From: a virus
Lineage: Duplodnaviria; Caudoviricetes
Direction: 5' to 3' (one strand)
Virus record (IMG/VR): IMGVR_UViG_3300033062_002302
DNA length: 64,000 nt
Shown here: positions 50,467 through 59,904 of the stretch, in pieces
Layout: every line of letters begins with the position of its first letter
Numbering within the stretch: position 1 is the stretch's first letter
The notes under the pieces: model-generated
Seen by the model: the letters and a program-made list of their open reading frames with translations, nothing else
Told to the model about the DNA's origin: nothing
Databases searched by the model: none
Program-made: the position numbers and the translations under genes

Positions 50467-50850
50467 ATGGACCGACTTAAAATTGGAGACAAGATTATAT
50501 GTCATGTCAGAGATAGTTGGATAGTCCATCCCTACGCCCATCATTTCACCAAGATTAAATTAGAAATTGCTTCAGTCGATAGCTTTGGCTACTTCGCCTA
50601 TGTTCCTGATTATATTGGATTAAATGGTGCTACTCGGGTAACGAGAGATAATTTAGAGTCTTTAGAAGTTGGCAAAAAATTTCTAGATTGCCTTGTTATT
50701 TACGTTCAAGACTCATTTATTGCCGAGATTGATTTGATTTTGGATGGTTATGTTTGCAAGAGATGTCAAGAGTTTTGCCGACAATCTGAGCCGAATCAAG
50801 AAGATGGTTCTTTTATTTGTTATCCTTGTCGATTTAATAAATACCGATAA
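50467..50850 (+). CDS. hypothetical protein with C-terminal Zn ribbon
   Basis: CKRC..CYPC; start moved to ATG 50467 because the track start lies inside the terminator. Confidence 0.65.
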   Translation: MDRLKIGDKIICHVRDSWIVHPYAHHFTKIKLEIASVDSFGYFAYVPDYIGLNGATRVTRDNLESLEVGKKFLDCLVIYVQDSFIAEIDLILDGYVCKRCQEFCRQSEPNQEDGSFICYPCRFNKYR

Positions 50851-50865
50851 AATCGTATTTAGAGT

Positions 50866-51537
50866 ATGACTGTCTTGGATGATATTGGCGGCTGGATTGA
50901 TAAGCTTAAGGGAATGTTTGGGATTCAAGGAGATGCTCCTAAACCTCCTTCAGCCCCTAAGAAAAGCCTAAGCCCTACGGCAGTCGAAGGTGGCTATCAG
51001 TCTCCGATTCGAGGCAGCTGGAAGAATTCAGGAAATTTTTCTCCTGGGGTTGCGACGGATAAGCGCCATCAGAAAGGGCACAATGGCGTTGACATGAGGG
51101 CTCCTGGTGGCACGAGCATCTATCCTCTGACGTCTGGAGTTGTGACCAATGCCGGGACCGACCCAATGGGTGGAAACGTCGTAAATGTCAAGCATGACGC
51201 CGGAATCACGACCTACTATGCTCACCTTGGCTCGATTGCAGTAACTAAGGGTGATAAGGTGGATAAAGATACGGTTCTTGGGACTGTAGGAGATTCTGGG
51301 AATGCCGCTGGAACTTGGCCACATTTACATTTTCAGGTTTGGAAAGATGGGGTTTTGGTAAACCCAGGAAGCTTCTTTAACGTTCCAGCTTATTCCAATG
51401 TTGATTCAACGGAAAAGCAGTGGTTACCAGGACAGCAGGAAGCTGCTCGTAATTGGAAAAGCAAAAAAGCTTCTAGGATCGATACGATCTCTAAAAGCTC
51501 TGATTTGTATTTTAATTTAATTAATAAAATTAAGTAA
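50866..51537 (+). CDS. M23 family peptidoglycan endopeptidase
   Basis: HNGVD, YAHL, VGDSG and PHLHF motifs. Confidence 0.92.
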   Translation: MTVLDDIGGWIDKLKGMFGIQGDAPKPPSAPKKSLSPTAVEGGYQSPIRGSWKNSGNFSPGVATDKRHQKGHNGVDMRAPGGTSIYPLTSGVVTNAGTDPMGGNVVNVKHDAGITTYYAHLGSIAVTKGDKVDKDTVLGTVGDSGNAAGTWPHLHFQVWKDGVLVNPGSFFNVPAYSNVDSTEKQWLPGQQEAARNWKSKKASRIDTISKSSDLYFNLINKIK

Positions 51538-52030
51538 TTTTTGAATACTTAGCAACGTCTAAGTTATTATCGCCTTCTAATCTCATAGAACCTTTAAATT
51601 CAAATAAGGCAGGATTAATCCAAGGGAAGAAAACGGAATCTGCTGAAGGTGTAATTAATTTTGGAACAAGAGTTAAATAAATTTCATCGGCATATTTCAT
51701 GCCAGCGAGATAGATAGAAGAGCCTCCGATAATCCAAACATCAAGGTCCTGATGAGCCAAGCCAATAGCTTCTTCGAGAGAATGAGCAAGCTCAATATTA
51801 GGGATAGTTGTTGTTTGGCTAGTGACGACGATATTACGACGTTTAGGAAGAGGCTTGCTTCCGATTGAGGTAAAAGTATTTCTTCCCATGATGATGGTTG
51901 AATTAGCCGTCATTCTTCGAAAGAAAGCCATATCTTCTTTGTACTCATCCATAGTCCAAGGAAGGTTATTCAATTCTTTATTGCCAATAATCCCATTTTG
52001 GGAGACGGCGGCAATCATTTTGATAGTCAT
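51530..52030 (-). CDS. folA: dihydrofolate reductase
   Basis: IAAV..NGIIG, LPW, IMGR.T, PLP.RRN, IIGG and YLT motifs. Confidence 0.95.
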   Translation of the reverse strand: MTIKMIAAVSQNGIIGNKELNNLPWTMDEYKEDMAFFRRMTANSTIIMGRNTFTSIGSKPLPKRRNIVVTSQTTTIPNIELAHSLEEAIGLAHQDLDVWIIGGSSIYLAGMKYADEIYLTLVPKLITPSADSVFFPWINPALFEFKGSMRLEGDNNLDVAKYSKIT

Positions 52031-52044
52031 ATGCTTTTACCTTT

Positions 52045-52377
52045 TTATGAAAAAATTGAGTATTGGTCTAGTAATTTATTGAGTTCTATTTCTGAAAGAG
52101 CAAGGTCTTCATCATTTAATGATATTTTAAAAATAAAATCTCTGTCATGTGGAGCTGATACACCAAAAACTTTTTCTTCTTTAAGATAAAGAAGACTATA
52201 TTTGTCAGTATCAACTTCGATTCTTTGAGTCGAATTTTTGACTTCAAACCATCTTATAACTCCATTATTAAATTTAATCATTGGACATGATGTACACCAT
52301 CCCCATCCTAAATATGGGGATGGACAATATAATTTACGATTACATCGTGGGCAATTTTCAATAGGAAATGTAATCAT
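52045..52377 (-). CDS. CPRC zinc-ribbon family small protein (ends IFS)
   Basis: CPRC..CxxC; conserved C-terminal helix. Confidence 0.75.
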   Translation of the reverse strand: MITFPIENCPRCNRKLYCPSPYLGWGWCTSCPMIKFNNGVIRWFEVKNSTQRIEVDTDKYSLLYLKEEKVFGVSAPHDRDFIFKISLNDEDLALSEIELNKLLDQYSIFS

Positions 52378-52733
52378 GAAAATATAATATGTGATGCAAT
52401 TAATTTGTCAAGCTCTAATTCTGATAGAGCCAAATCACTATCATTTAGTGATATTTTAGAAATGATTGAAACTTGCTCTCCATCTGGAGGCTCATTTAAT
52501 GATATTTCAAATAATCCATCTCTTTTATCATAATAAATATTGTAATTATGAGTGTTAATTTCTATGATTTGTAGAGGATTAATTATCTCAATAAAATTGA
52601 GATTGAAGCTTTTAAAATTGATTTTTGGACATTCAAGACAGCCTATCCACTTTGATGATGCTGATTTTCCACCTCCAACCTTTTTTAATCTTGAATTGCA
52701 TCTTGGACATATGGTGATAGGAAATGTGATCAT
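52374..52733 (-). CDS. CPRC zinc-ribbon family small protein (ends IFS)
   Basis: Paralogue of 52045; ATGA overlap. Confidence 0.75.
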   Translation of the reverse strand: MITFPITICPRCNSRLKKVGGGKSASSKWIGCLECPKINFKSFNLNFIEIINPLQIIEINTHNYNIYYDKRDGLFEISLNEPPDGEQVSIISKISLNDSDLALSELELDKLIASHIIFS

Positions 52734-53098
52734 GAAAATATAAGGAATTTTTCTATCGTTGCATTTATCTCTTCATTAGTTAAAAGATAAAGATTGTCAA
52801 ATAATGATAATGTATCGACATCAACATAAACTTCGTCCTTAGAAGGATCAGATCCGAATGCAATGATGGAATCATTATTATGCCAACTGTAGCTATATTT
52901 ATCTGTATTTACTATAAATCTTTCGGTTGAATAATTTATATAAAACCAATGATATTCATCAGGATCACATTTAATATTATTGAATTTTGGACAAACATTA
53001 CAACAAAACCATTCATCAAGAACATCTCCTTCTTTATTAAGATAATTAGAAAGAGATGATTGACATCTTGGACATTTTGTAATCGTAAAAATAGTCAT
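52730..53098 (-). CDS. CPRC zinc-ribbon family small protein (ends IFS)
   Basis: CPRC..CxxC; ATGA overlap. Confidence 0.75.
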   Translation of the reverse strand: MTIFTITKCPRCQSSLSNYLNKEGDVLDEWFCCNVCPKFNNIKCDPDEYHWFYINYSTERFIVNTDKYSYSWHNNDSIIAFGSDPSKDEVYVDVDTLSLFDNLYLLTNEEINATIEKFLIFS

Positions 53099-53388
53099 TT
53101 ATTAAAATCTGATAATATTTCAGCCGCTTCACAACCCTCCGCATGAGGGCAATTACTAGAACATTTCTCTTGAATTCCATTTGGCGACCCTGGACATCCG
53201 GTACACCATTGACAATTATATAGATTTTTCTTAGTTAAATTGCTAAGTAATAAATAGGCTCTAACAAGCAATTCTCTAGCATCAACATCTTCCATTTTGC
53301 TTGGGTCTAAGATTTTTTGAATAATGTCAACATCGTATTGTGACAATCGTTCATCTGCAAATATTGCATGTAAATTAATTTTACTCAT
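53095..53388 (-). CDS. hypothetical Cys-rich protein
   Basis: CQWC..H...C cluster. Confidence 0.55.
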   Translation of the reverse strand: MSKINLHAIFADERLSQYDVDIIQKILDPSKMEDVDARELLVRAYLLLSNLTKKNLYNCQWCTGCPGSPNGIQEKCSSNCPHAEGCEAAEILSDFNK

Positions 53389-53391
53389 ATT

Positions 53392-53652
53392 TCACCAAAA
53401 CACGGCTAACTTAATTTGCTCTTCAAACTCTTCTTGAGAGTCGCAATCTATATATTTACCATGAAAATACCACCATTTAGCGCCTCTGACATATTCAATA
53501 GCGGGTCCGTCTAAACGATGGCGTTGACCTCTTTGATAATAAGATTTGCCTCCATCGATCCATTCAATGGCAGGACCGTCTTCTCGATGAAGTAAATCAT
53601 TTAAAAAATGTCTTTTATTTCCCCATTTATCTATTTTTATACTATTCATCAT
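53392..53652 (-). CDS. HRxDGPA-repeat protein (2 repeats)
   Basis: Repeats present; ends AVFW. Confidence 0.8.
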   Translation of the reverse strand: MMNSIKIDKWGNKRHFLNDLLHREDGPAIEWIDGGKSYYQRGQRHRLDGPAIEYVRGAKWWYFHGKYIDCDSQEEFEEQIKLAVFW

Positions 53653-53658
53653 ATCATG

Positions 53659-53925
53659 CTACCAAAACATTGCTAACTTAATTTCGTCTTCGAATTCTTC
53701 TTGAGTTTTACAATTTATTTGTTTACCATGAAAATACCAATATTTAGCTCCAGTATGCCATTCAAGGGCAGGACCATCTAAACGATGACGCCTCCCATAT
53801 TGAAACCACTCTTTGGATCCGCTGACATGTTCAATAGCAGGTCCATCATCTCGATGATATTCATAGTTTAGATAATAAAATCTATGTCCATATTCATCTA
53901 TATATAATCCATTTTTAATTCTCAT
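53659..53925 (-). CDS. HRxDGPA-repeat protein (2 repeats)
   Basis: Repeats present; ATG 5 nt after the upstream stop. Confidence 0.8.
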   Translation of the reverse strand: MRIKNGLYIDEYGHRFYYLNYEYHRDDGPAIEHVSGSKEWFQYGRRHRLDGPALEWHTGAKYWYFHGKQINCKTQEEFEDEIKLAMFW

Positions 53926-53930
53926 AATAG

Positions 53931-54269
53931 TCACCAAAACATTGCTAATTTAGGATTAATTATAGCTAAAAATTCTTCTTGAGATTTACAATCTATAGGC
54001 TTGCCATGAAAATGCCAACTTCCAACTCCATTAGAGTATTCGCAAGCTGGTCCATCTTCTCTATGACGTTTTCCATCTTGATACCACTCTTTAGTCCCGC
54101 CACTATATTCAATGGCAGGACCATCTTCTCGATGAAGTTTGCCGTATTGAAACCAACATTTAGTGCCATCATTGTATTCAATGGCAGGTCCATCTAATCT
54201 GTGAAATAGATTGTTGAGATAGTATTTTTTATCTCCAAAGTGATTAGTTATTATTATATCTTGAATCAT
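53931..54269 (-). CDS. HRxDGPA-repeat protein (3 repeats)
   Basis: Repeats present; ends INPKLAMFW. Confidence 0.8.
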   Translation of the reverse strand: MIQDIIITNHFGDKKYYLNNLFHRLDGPAIEYNDGTKCWFQYGKLHREDGPAIEYSGGTKEWYQDGKRHREDGPACEYSNGVGSWHFHGKPIDCKSQEEFLAIINPKLAMFW

Positions 54270-54270
54270 A

Positions 54271-55116
54271 TTAGACTGATACCGGAACTTTAATTAAAGT
54301 CCCAGGATTATAATTCTGAATATCAAAATCATTAAGAGTATAACTAAATATATTTTTCGCTTTATTCAAAATAAGTTTGGGAGAATCAATAATAGGTCTT
54401 GCCAAGTATTCTTGGGCGGCATCTAATTGATTAACGTAGACATGAGCGGAACCAACATGATGAACTAATTCATATGGCTTATATCCGGTTTCATGACCAA
54501 TCATATATAATAAGGCAGAATAAAAATAAACATTTGCCGAGACGCCAGGAAGCCAATCTCCGGAACGCTGAGTTAATATTCCAGTCATTCTATCTTTGCT
54601 ATCAACCAAGACTTGAAAAGCATAATGGCACGTTGGCAATTTTACTTTATCCGAAGTCATAACTTCAGGATTCCATAAATTAATTAATGCTCTCCGAGAT
54701 TGTTTATTTGTTTTTAATTCATTAACTAAATAAGAAACCTGATCAAATCCTGTTCCTGGAACTTTATATTGTCCATTATAATTTCGGAATGAATTTCCAT
54801 AAATTGGACCAAGGTCTCCATCTTCATACCCATTTCGTTTTTCAAATTCAGGATCTCTCCAGAAGTCCCATATCTTAGACCCTAAAGCATTAAGATCATT
54901 AATGTTTGTTGAACCTGACAGCATCCAAAGAAGTTCAGCGAAGATGGATTTATAAAAGACTTTTCGTCTTGTAGGAATTGGGAAATGTTCATCTATACGA
55001 TATCGACATTGAACTCCGGCAAGAGATAATGTATCGGTCCCTGTTCTATTAGAAGAAAGATCTCCGTCGAAGATGATTTTCTCTAAAATCTTATCGTAAT
55101 CATTTAAGATGTACAT
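54271..55116 (-). CDS. thyA: thymidylate synthase
   Basis: RTGT, ELLW, LGPIYG, SRR, LPTCH, QRSGD..G...N and H.Y motifs. Confidence 0.95.
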   Translation of the reverse strand: MYILNDYDKILEKIIFDGDLSSNRTGTDTLSLAGVQCRYRIDEHFPIPTRRKVFYKSIFAELLWMLSGSTNINDLNALGSKIWDFWRDPEFEKRNGYEDGDLGPIYGNSFRNYNGQYKVPGTGFDQVSYLVNELKTNKQSRRALINLWNPEVMTSDKVKLPTCHYAFQVLVDSKDRMTGILTQRSGDWLPGVSANVYFYSALLYMIGHETGYKPYELVHHVGSAHVYVNQLDAAQEYLARPIIDSPKLILNKAKNIFSYTLNDFDIQNYNPGTLIKVPVSV

Positions 55117-55149
55117 ACAATTCCTTAATTAAACTGTTATTCGTAACAA

Positions 55150-55410
55150 TTACCAAAACATCGCCAATTTGATTTGTTCTTCAAATTCTTCTTGAGATTT
55201 ACAATTTATTTCTTTGCCATGAAAGAACCAAAATTTATTTCCATTATTCCATTCAATAGCAGGACCATCTAATCGATGGAGAAGATCATTCTGAAACCAC
55301 TCTTTATGTCCATCAATAAACTCTATTGCCGGACCATCTTCTCGATGATAAAGATCGTTTAAATAATATATTTTAGTACCAAACTTATCTATAAACAAAC
55401 CATTTTCCAT
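55150..55410 (-). CDS. HRxDGPA-repeat protein (2 repeats)
   Basis: Repeats present; ATG 5 nt after the upstream stop. Confidence 0.8.
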   Translation of the reverse strand: MENGLFIDKFGTKIYYLNDLYHREDGPAIEFIDGHKEWFQNDLLHRLDGPAIEWNNGNKFWFFHGKEINCKSQEEFEEQIKLAMFW

Positions 55411-55415
55411 AAAGA

Positions 55416-55676
55416 TCACCAGAACATTGCCAGCTTAATTTTGTCTTCAAATTCTTTTTGAGACGAACAATCTATTTCTTTACCATGAAAGTACCAATAT
55501 TTATCTCCATTGGAAAATTCCATAGCTGGTCCATCTAGCCTATGAAATTCACCATTTTGATACCATGATTTTCCTCCATTGAGATATTCGATAGCCGGAC
55601 CATCTTCTCGATGATAGTTGTCATTTAAATAATATATTTTAGTTCCACCTGAATCTACAAATAATCCATTTTTCAT
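55416..55676 (-). CDS. HRxDGPA-repeat protein (2 repeats)
   Basis: Repeats present; ATG 5 nt after the upstream stop. Confidence 0.8.
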   Translation of the reverse strand: MKNGLFVDSGGTKIYYLNDNYHREDGPAIEYLNGGKSWYQNGEFHRLDGPAMEFSNGDKYWYFHGKEIDCSSQKEFEDKIKLAMFW

Positions 55677-55681
55677 ATCAA

Positions 55682-56080
55682 TCACCAGAACATCGCTAAC
55701 TTAATTTGTTCTTCAAATTTTTCTTGAGAAGAACAATCTATTTTTTCATCATGAAACCACCATTCTTTGTGTCCATCATAATATTCAACAGCTGGACCAT
55801 CTAACCGATGAAGCTTGTCATTTTGACACCAGAATTTAGATCCACTAGCCAATTCAATAGCTGGTCCATCTATTCTGTGGCGCTGACCATGTTGATGCCA
55901 TTCTTTACATGCTAATATGTAATTTACCGCAGGACCATCGTTTCTATGAAGGCGATTATTAGAATCATAATATGCTATACGGCAATCATTATAACAAATG
56001 TAGCCATCCTTAATAGGAAGACCATTTTTATTATTTAATATAATATTTCTAAATAATAATTTGACTTCATTCCAAAACAT
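55682..56080 (-). CDS. HRxDGPA-repeat protein (3 repeats)
   Basis: Repeats present; likely start ATG 56080 just after the upstream stop. Confidence 0.75.
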   Translation of the reverse strand: MFWNEVKLLFRNIILNNKNGLPIKDGYICYNDCRIAYYDSNNRLHRNDGPAVNYILACKEWHQHGQRHRIDGPAIELASGSKFWCQNDKLHRLDGPAVEYYDGHKEWWFHDEKIDCSSQEKFEEQIKLAMFW

Positions 56081-56081
56081 A

Positions 56082-58268
56082 TTACGTAATTCTTTTAACG
56101 CTATGAGGATGAGATTCAATTAATCCAGCATTTGTCACTCTGACGAAAACTGGGTTTTCTTTTAGCTCTGTTAAATTATGCGCGCCTTGATAAGAACAGC
56201 CGCTTTTTAAGCCTTGCAAAAGTTTTTCTACAATCTCTGAAGCTGGACCTTTTGGCTCTACGACTGCTTTGACTCCTTCAACATGACTATCTTTATGAGT
56301 AGAGCTGCCTTCATAATTTTTATAAAGTTTTCCATCAATCATAATATCTTGGCATGGAGCATCACAAGATCCAGCAAAAAGGCTGCCTGCCATAACCAAA
56401 TCAGCAAAAGCAAGACATTTAACTAAATCTGAAGCATATCGAATTCCACCATCAGCGATAAAGGCAACATCTTTATAAGAGAAGAATTCTTTCTTATAAG
56501 AAGACACTTCCATGAGAGCAGATAATTGCCCATTACCAGCACCAGCTTCAACTCTAGTTGAACATGTGGAATTATGAACAATCATGTTATTAGCAATAAA
56601 ACTATGCGTGTCACAATCTACAGTAAGATCATAAGTTTCCATTGAAACATCATCTTCTTTATATTCTAAATTTTTTACTATATAAAAATCATTTGTTAGT
56701 CGCCATTCTGGTCTAGCTAAGGTTCTGCTTATATAAGCATCATGTTTTCCATTTATTTTACCAACAGCTTTTCCTCTGTTTAAATTATTTGGCATATATC
56801 CAAATAATTTAAAATTAATTATATTAAATAACTCTATGACTTTGCCAGAGGTATTACATAATGATTTTCTTTTATCGGTTTCTGAATCGGAATAATGACC
56901 ATCACTATCTAACAAACCATCATATAATCCATTTAAATAATCTTTATTATTTACAAATAAATTATCAGGCAAATGTTTTTTTTCTTTTTTACCAAATGAA
57001 AAAAGAAAATCAGATAATGGCTTGTAGTAAAAAGTTACTTTGAACATATTTGATGTTTCTATAATTTTAGGTTTTTTATTAAAAATTTTCTCAATGCAAT
57101 TAATAAGTTTATCAACTACATCCATTTCATTTTTTCCAAAATACCAAGTAACAGCTCCAATACGAGAATTATTTTTTTTATATAAAACAGAGTGTGCGCA
57201 TCCATCTCCCAAAAATGTTCCAAATAAATATCCGGACTCATAATTTGGGATGATAACAGAATCTTCTTGATAGGAATGGTTACTTGTTTCAAATTTAGGC
57301 ATATGAAATCTTTTTTTCAAAGATATTTTGAATGTTTCAGGCATTTCAAAATCAATTTTATTGGGGAATAAAAATACTGTTTTTTCAGATTCACAAACTG
57401 ATTTCCATTTATATTTTGATTTTTTTGGAATTGTCTTAGACCTAACGTCTAGTAATTTTTTATAGCCATGCGCGCCTAAACTTGCTTTAGATGTGCTTGA
57501 TAAATCTCCAACGTAGAATTCATGCTCTGGCGTCACAAATGTATTTTTATAAAAAGAGTTATTTTTCAATTCTGCAACTTTTTTTATTCCAGTGCTAAAA
57601 GAGTTTAATACTTTAACAGGCTTGCCGTTTTTATTAATGACATAATCTCCTACAAGAACATCTTCGATATTTTTATATTGCCCATTAGACATTAATATTC
57701 TTGTTCCAGCAGCAAAACATCCCGAGCCCACTCCGACTTTTACTATATCTGCCCCAGATTCCCACAAAAACTTCGCTCCATAGCCAGTTGCAACATTCCC
57801 AGCAATTAATAAGACGTCAGGATATGTCTCAGCGACATATCGAGTCATATCACCAGCCAATTTAGAATGACCATGAGCAACATCAATGCAAACAATTTTA
57901 ACGCCTAGTTTAATAAATTTATCTAAATTAGACTTATCCTCTTCTTTAACTCCAATTGAAACTCCAACATAATCTAAAGGATTAGCGACTTTTTTTATAT
58001 TTCTTCTTAATAGAGTTTCGATTAAATCGAACTGGTCTTCTATTGGCATAAAGCGATGAATTAAAGCTAAGCTTTTCATTTTAAACATAGCTTCAGCCAT
58101 ATCATACCCGGTAATAGCTGACATGTTCGCCGGAACAATTGGATGACTAACTTTAAACCCTTTGGGCAATTTAACGCTGACATCTACCTGAGAGCGACTC
58201 TCGACTTCAGAATATTGGGGCTTAAGCAAAACATCATCAAATGATAAAGACTCTTCAAATTTCAACAT
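56082..58268 (-). CDS. IMP dehydrogenase / GMP reductase family enzyme (no CBS domains) containing an intein
   Basis: FDDVLL.P, IDVAHGH, AGNVAT, KVGVGSG|STCSTR, IADGGI and VEG motifs; spliced length 345 aa. Confidence 0.9.
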   Translation of the reverse strand: MLKFEESLSFDDVLLKPQYSEVESRSQVDVSVKLPKGFKVSHPIVPANMSAITGYDMAEAMFKMKSLALIHRFMPIEDQFDLIETLLRRNIKKVANPLDYVGVSIGVKEEDKSNLDKFIKLGVKIVCIDVAHGHSKLAGDMTRYVAETYPDVLLIAGNVATGYGAKFLWESGADIVKVGVGSGCFAAGTRILMSNGQYKNIEDVLVGDYVINKNGKPVKVLNSFSTGIKKVAELKNNSFYKNTFVTPEHEFYVGDLSSTSKASLGAHGYKKLLDVRSKTIPKKSKYKWKSVCESEKTVFLFPNKIDFEMPETFKISLKKRFHMPKFETSNHSYQEDSVIIPNYESGYLFGTFLGDGCAHSVLYKKNNSRIGAVTWYFGKNEMDVVDKLINCIEKIFNKKPKIIETSNMFKVTFYYKPLSDFLFSFGKKEKKHLPDNLFVNNKDYLNGLYDGLLDSDGHYSDSETDKRKSLCNTSGKVIELFNIINFKLFGYMPNNLNRGKAVGKINGKHDAYISRTLARPEWRLTNDFYIVKNLEYKEDDVSMETYDLTVDCDTHSFIANNMIVHNSTCSTRVEAGAGNGQLSALMEVSSYKKEFFSYKDVAFIADGGIRYASDLVKCLAFADLVMAGSLFAGSCDAPCQDIMIDGKLYKNYEGSSTHKDSHVEGVKAVVEPKGPASEIVEKLLQGLKSGCSYQGAHNLTELKENPVFVRVTNAGLIESHPHSVKRIT
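56571..57719 (-). mobile_element. intein with LAGLIDADG endonuclease in IMPDH/GMPR (383 aa)
   Basis: Starts CFAAGT; block B TPEH; GTFLGDG and GLLDSDG motifs; TYDLTV; ends VHN followed by Ser. Confidence 0.92.
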
Positions 58269-58337
58269 TGTATCCTTTTTGTTTTAAATGCATTAAAATA
58301 TTATTACTCGTTTTGTATAGTATTGAAGGAAGATTTT

Positions 58338-59246
58338 ATGTCAATATTTTCAGCAATTAGCAATTTAATTAATAAAATTACCGGAGAAAAACCTGTCGAA
58401 TGCCAACCTACAAAAGAGGAGGAGGTCCATTTGCCAGAACCATTAGTTCAAGCTTCTGTGCCACCCTCATTTGGTCCAGTTTTTCCAGAGCGAGCTTCTG
58501 ACGCTGTTTCGGGCTCAACCTTTGCCAATTCTATTATAACCTTCCCTGCCAATCAGACAAGAGAAAATCTTATTTTTAAAGAATTCACGAGCGGAAATAT
58601 TCCGGACTTCTTTAAAAACTTTGTTGAATTAAGTATTACTCTTAATAATTATAAAATAAAATATTTGGTTTCTCCAGATTACATTTCAATTGGTAATGAT
58701 CAAGATTTTATTAGAATGCCATTGAGCCCATTAACCTATCAAAAAATAGCTAATGAGTATGGGTGTTCTTTGCCAACCAGAAAAATGGTTAATCAAATTT
58801 GGAGCGCTGCCTCGGTCAAACTAGAGCCATCTCCTAATGGTCCACCATATGACGCAACGATGATGGGCGTTGCCGCAGCTATTAAAAACAATGCCAAGAT
58901 AGAGAAGCTTCGAAGCGCTCATCCTCTTGGCAAGTTAGTTGCAGGACATAAGAAAGATGTCGTTTTAACTAAAGAGTTAGTGACTAAGAAAAATAAAGTT
59001 GCTATTTATGGTTGGTTTTATTCAAACGGAAAGGTTATTCAAAATTTGAATAGTCAAGATCATGATGCATCTTATTCTGATTATTCGCATGGAGGACGAT
59101 TAATATACCGTAAAGTTTTTATTAACGATCAAGAATGTGATCTTTATGATGTCATGAAAGACAAGACTTTATCTTATTTGGTTAGCGACGAAGGTCCATT
59201 TGATCCGGAAAATATTTATGAAAATAAGATTAGCTCTTCAATGTAA
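58338..59246 (+). CDS. hypothetical protein of bacterial-like family, putative enzyme
   Basis: PDY.SIG, LPTRKMV, GHKKDVV, VAIYGW and Y.DYSHG motifs; ATG 58338 after AAGGA; the only real + strand gene in this block. Confidence 0.65.
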   Translation: MSIFSAISNLINKITGEKPVECQPTKEEEVHLPEPLVQASVPPSFGPVFPERASDAVSGSTFANSIITFPANQTRENLIFKEFTSGNIPDFFKNFVELSITLNNYKIKYLVSPDYISIGNDQDFIRMPLSPLTYQKIANEYGCSLPTRKMVNQIWSAASVKLEPSPNGPPYDATMMGVAAAIKNNAKIEKLRSAHPLGKLVAGHKKDVVLTKELVTKKNKVAIYGWFYSNGKVIQNLNSQDHDASYSDYSHGGRLIYRKVFINDQECDLYDVMKDKTLSYLVSDEGPFDPENIYENKISSSM

Positions 59247-59569
59247 TTATTAATTTCTTTCTCTTTTAGAGAATAAAGGGGAGGGATATTTGAAAGTATT
59301 ATTTTCATTTCATCTTGAGATTTACTCAAATATGAAACTATCAGATAATTTTCGTGCTGTATAATTCTAAATACTGATGAGTTTATCAAGTAAGTCCAAT
59401 TTCTAAAGAAAGGATCGGAATCATTTATATAAATGAATGATGTTTTATCTCCCATGCTATCTATTAATAATGGAATTACACAGTTATTACATCGTAAATA
59501 ATAATTTGCTTTTGATAAGGGAATTTTGCATCTAGGACAATCTTTAAAATTTAATTCACTTGTGTTCAT
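59216..59569 (-). CDS. CPRC zinc-ribbon family small protein (ends LFS)
   Basis: CPRC..CxxC; conserved tail. Confidence 0.75.
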   Translation of the reverse strand: MNTSELNFKDCPRCKIPLSKANYYLRCNNCVIPLLIDSMGDKTSFIYINDSDPFFRNWTYLINSSVFRIIQHENYLIVSYLSKSQDEMKIILSNIPPLYSLKEKEINNYIEELILFS

Positions 59570-59904
59570 GAAAATAATATAATTTGATTGATGTATTGAT
59601 TTATTTCAATATCAGATAATAGATGAAGATTGGGATAATTTTTTATTTCAAATGGCATTTGAAAATATAGCTGATTATTTTTTGAAGGCGAAGAAATGGT
59701 AATTTTATCTTTATAAATGTGAAGATGGAATTTGTCGTTGGACAAAGCAATTGCTGCCTGAAAAATGGATGGTTCAATTTCGTTAATTACATATAGCCAA
59801 GAAACGCCGTTAATTGTAGGGCAAGTCCAGCATGAACTATAAATGCCATCCATATCTAATGGATGTTTACATCTAGGACATTGTATTAAATTATAATAAT
59901 TCAT
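59566..59904 (-). CDS. CPRC zinc-ribbon family small protein (ends LFS)
   Basis: CPRC..CxxC; ATGA overlap. Confidence 0.75.
   Translation of the reverse strand: MNYYNLIQCPRCKHPLDMDGIYSSCWTCPTINGVSWLYVINEIEPSIFQAAIALSNDKFHLHIYKDKITISSPSKNNQLYFQMPFEIKNYPNLHLLSDIEINQYINQIILFS

Noticed and set aside
45053-51537. Shared helix motif between the 45053 N-terminus (LKEIIRLADKF) and the M23 C-terminus (IDTISKSSDLY)
   Set aside because: Only two weakly similar instances; cannot be supported from this window
54271-55116. ThyA as a dCMP hydroxymethylase for DNA modification
   Set aside because: Retains the dUMP-specifying Asn (GVSAN) and has DHFR nearby; canonical thymidylate synthase is more likely
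56072-56080. ATGTTTTGG (MFW) at the start of the 55682 gene as an att-like direct repeat of the family ends
   Set aside because: Present at only one of four arrays and no recombinase is visible; may be chance
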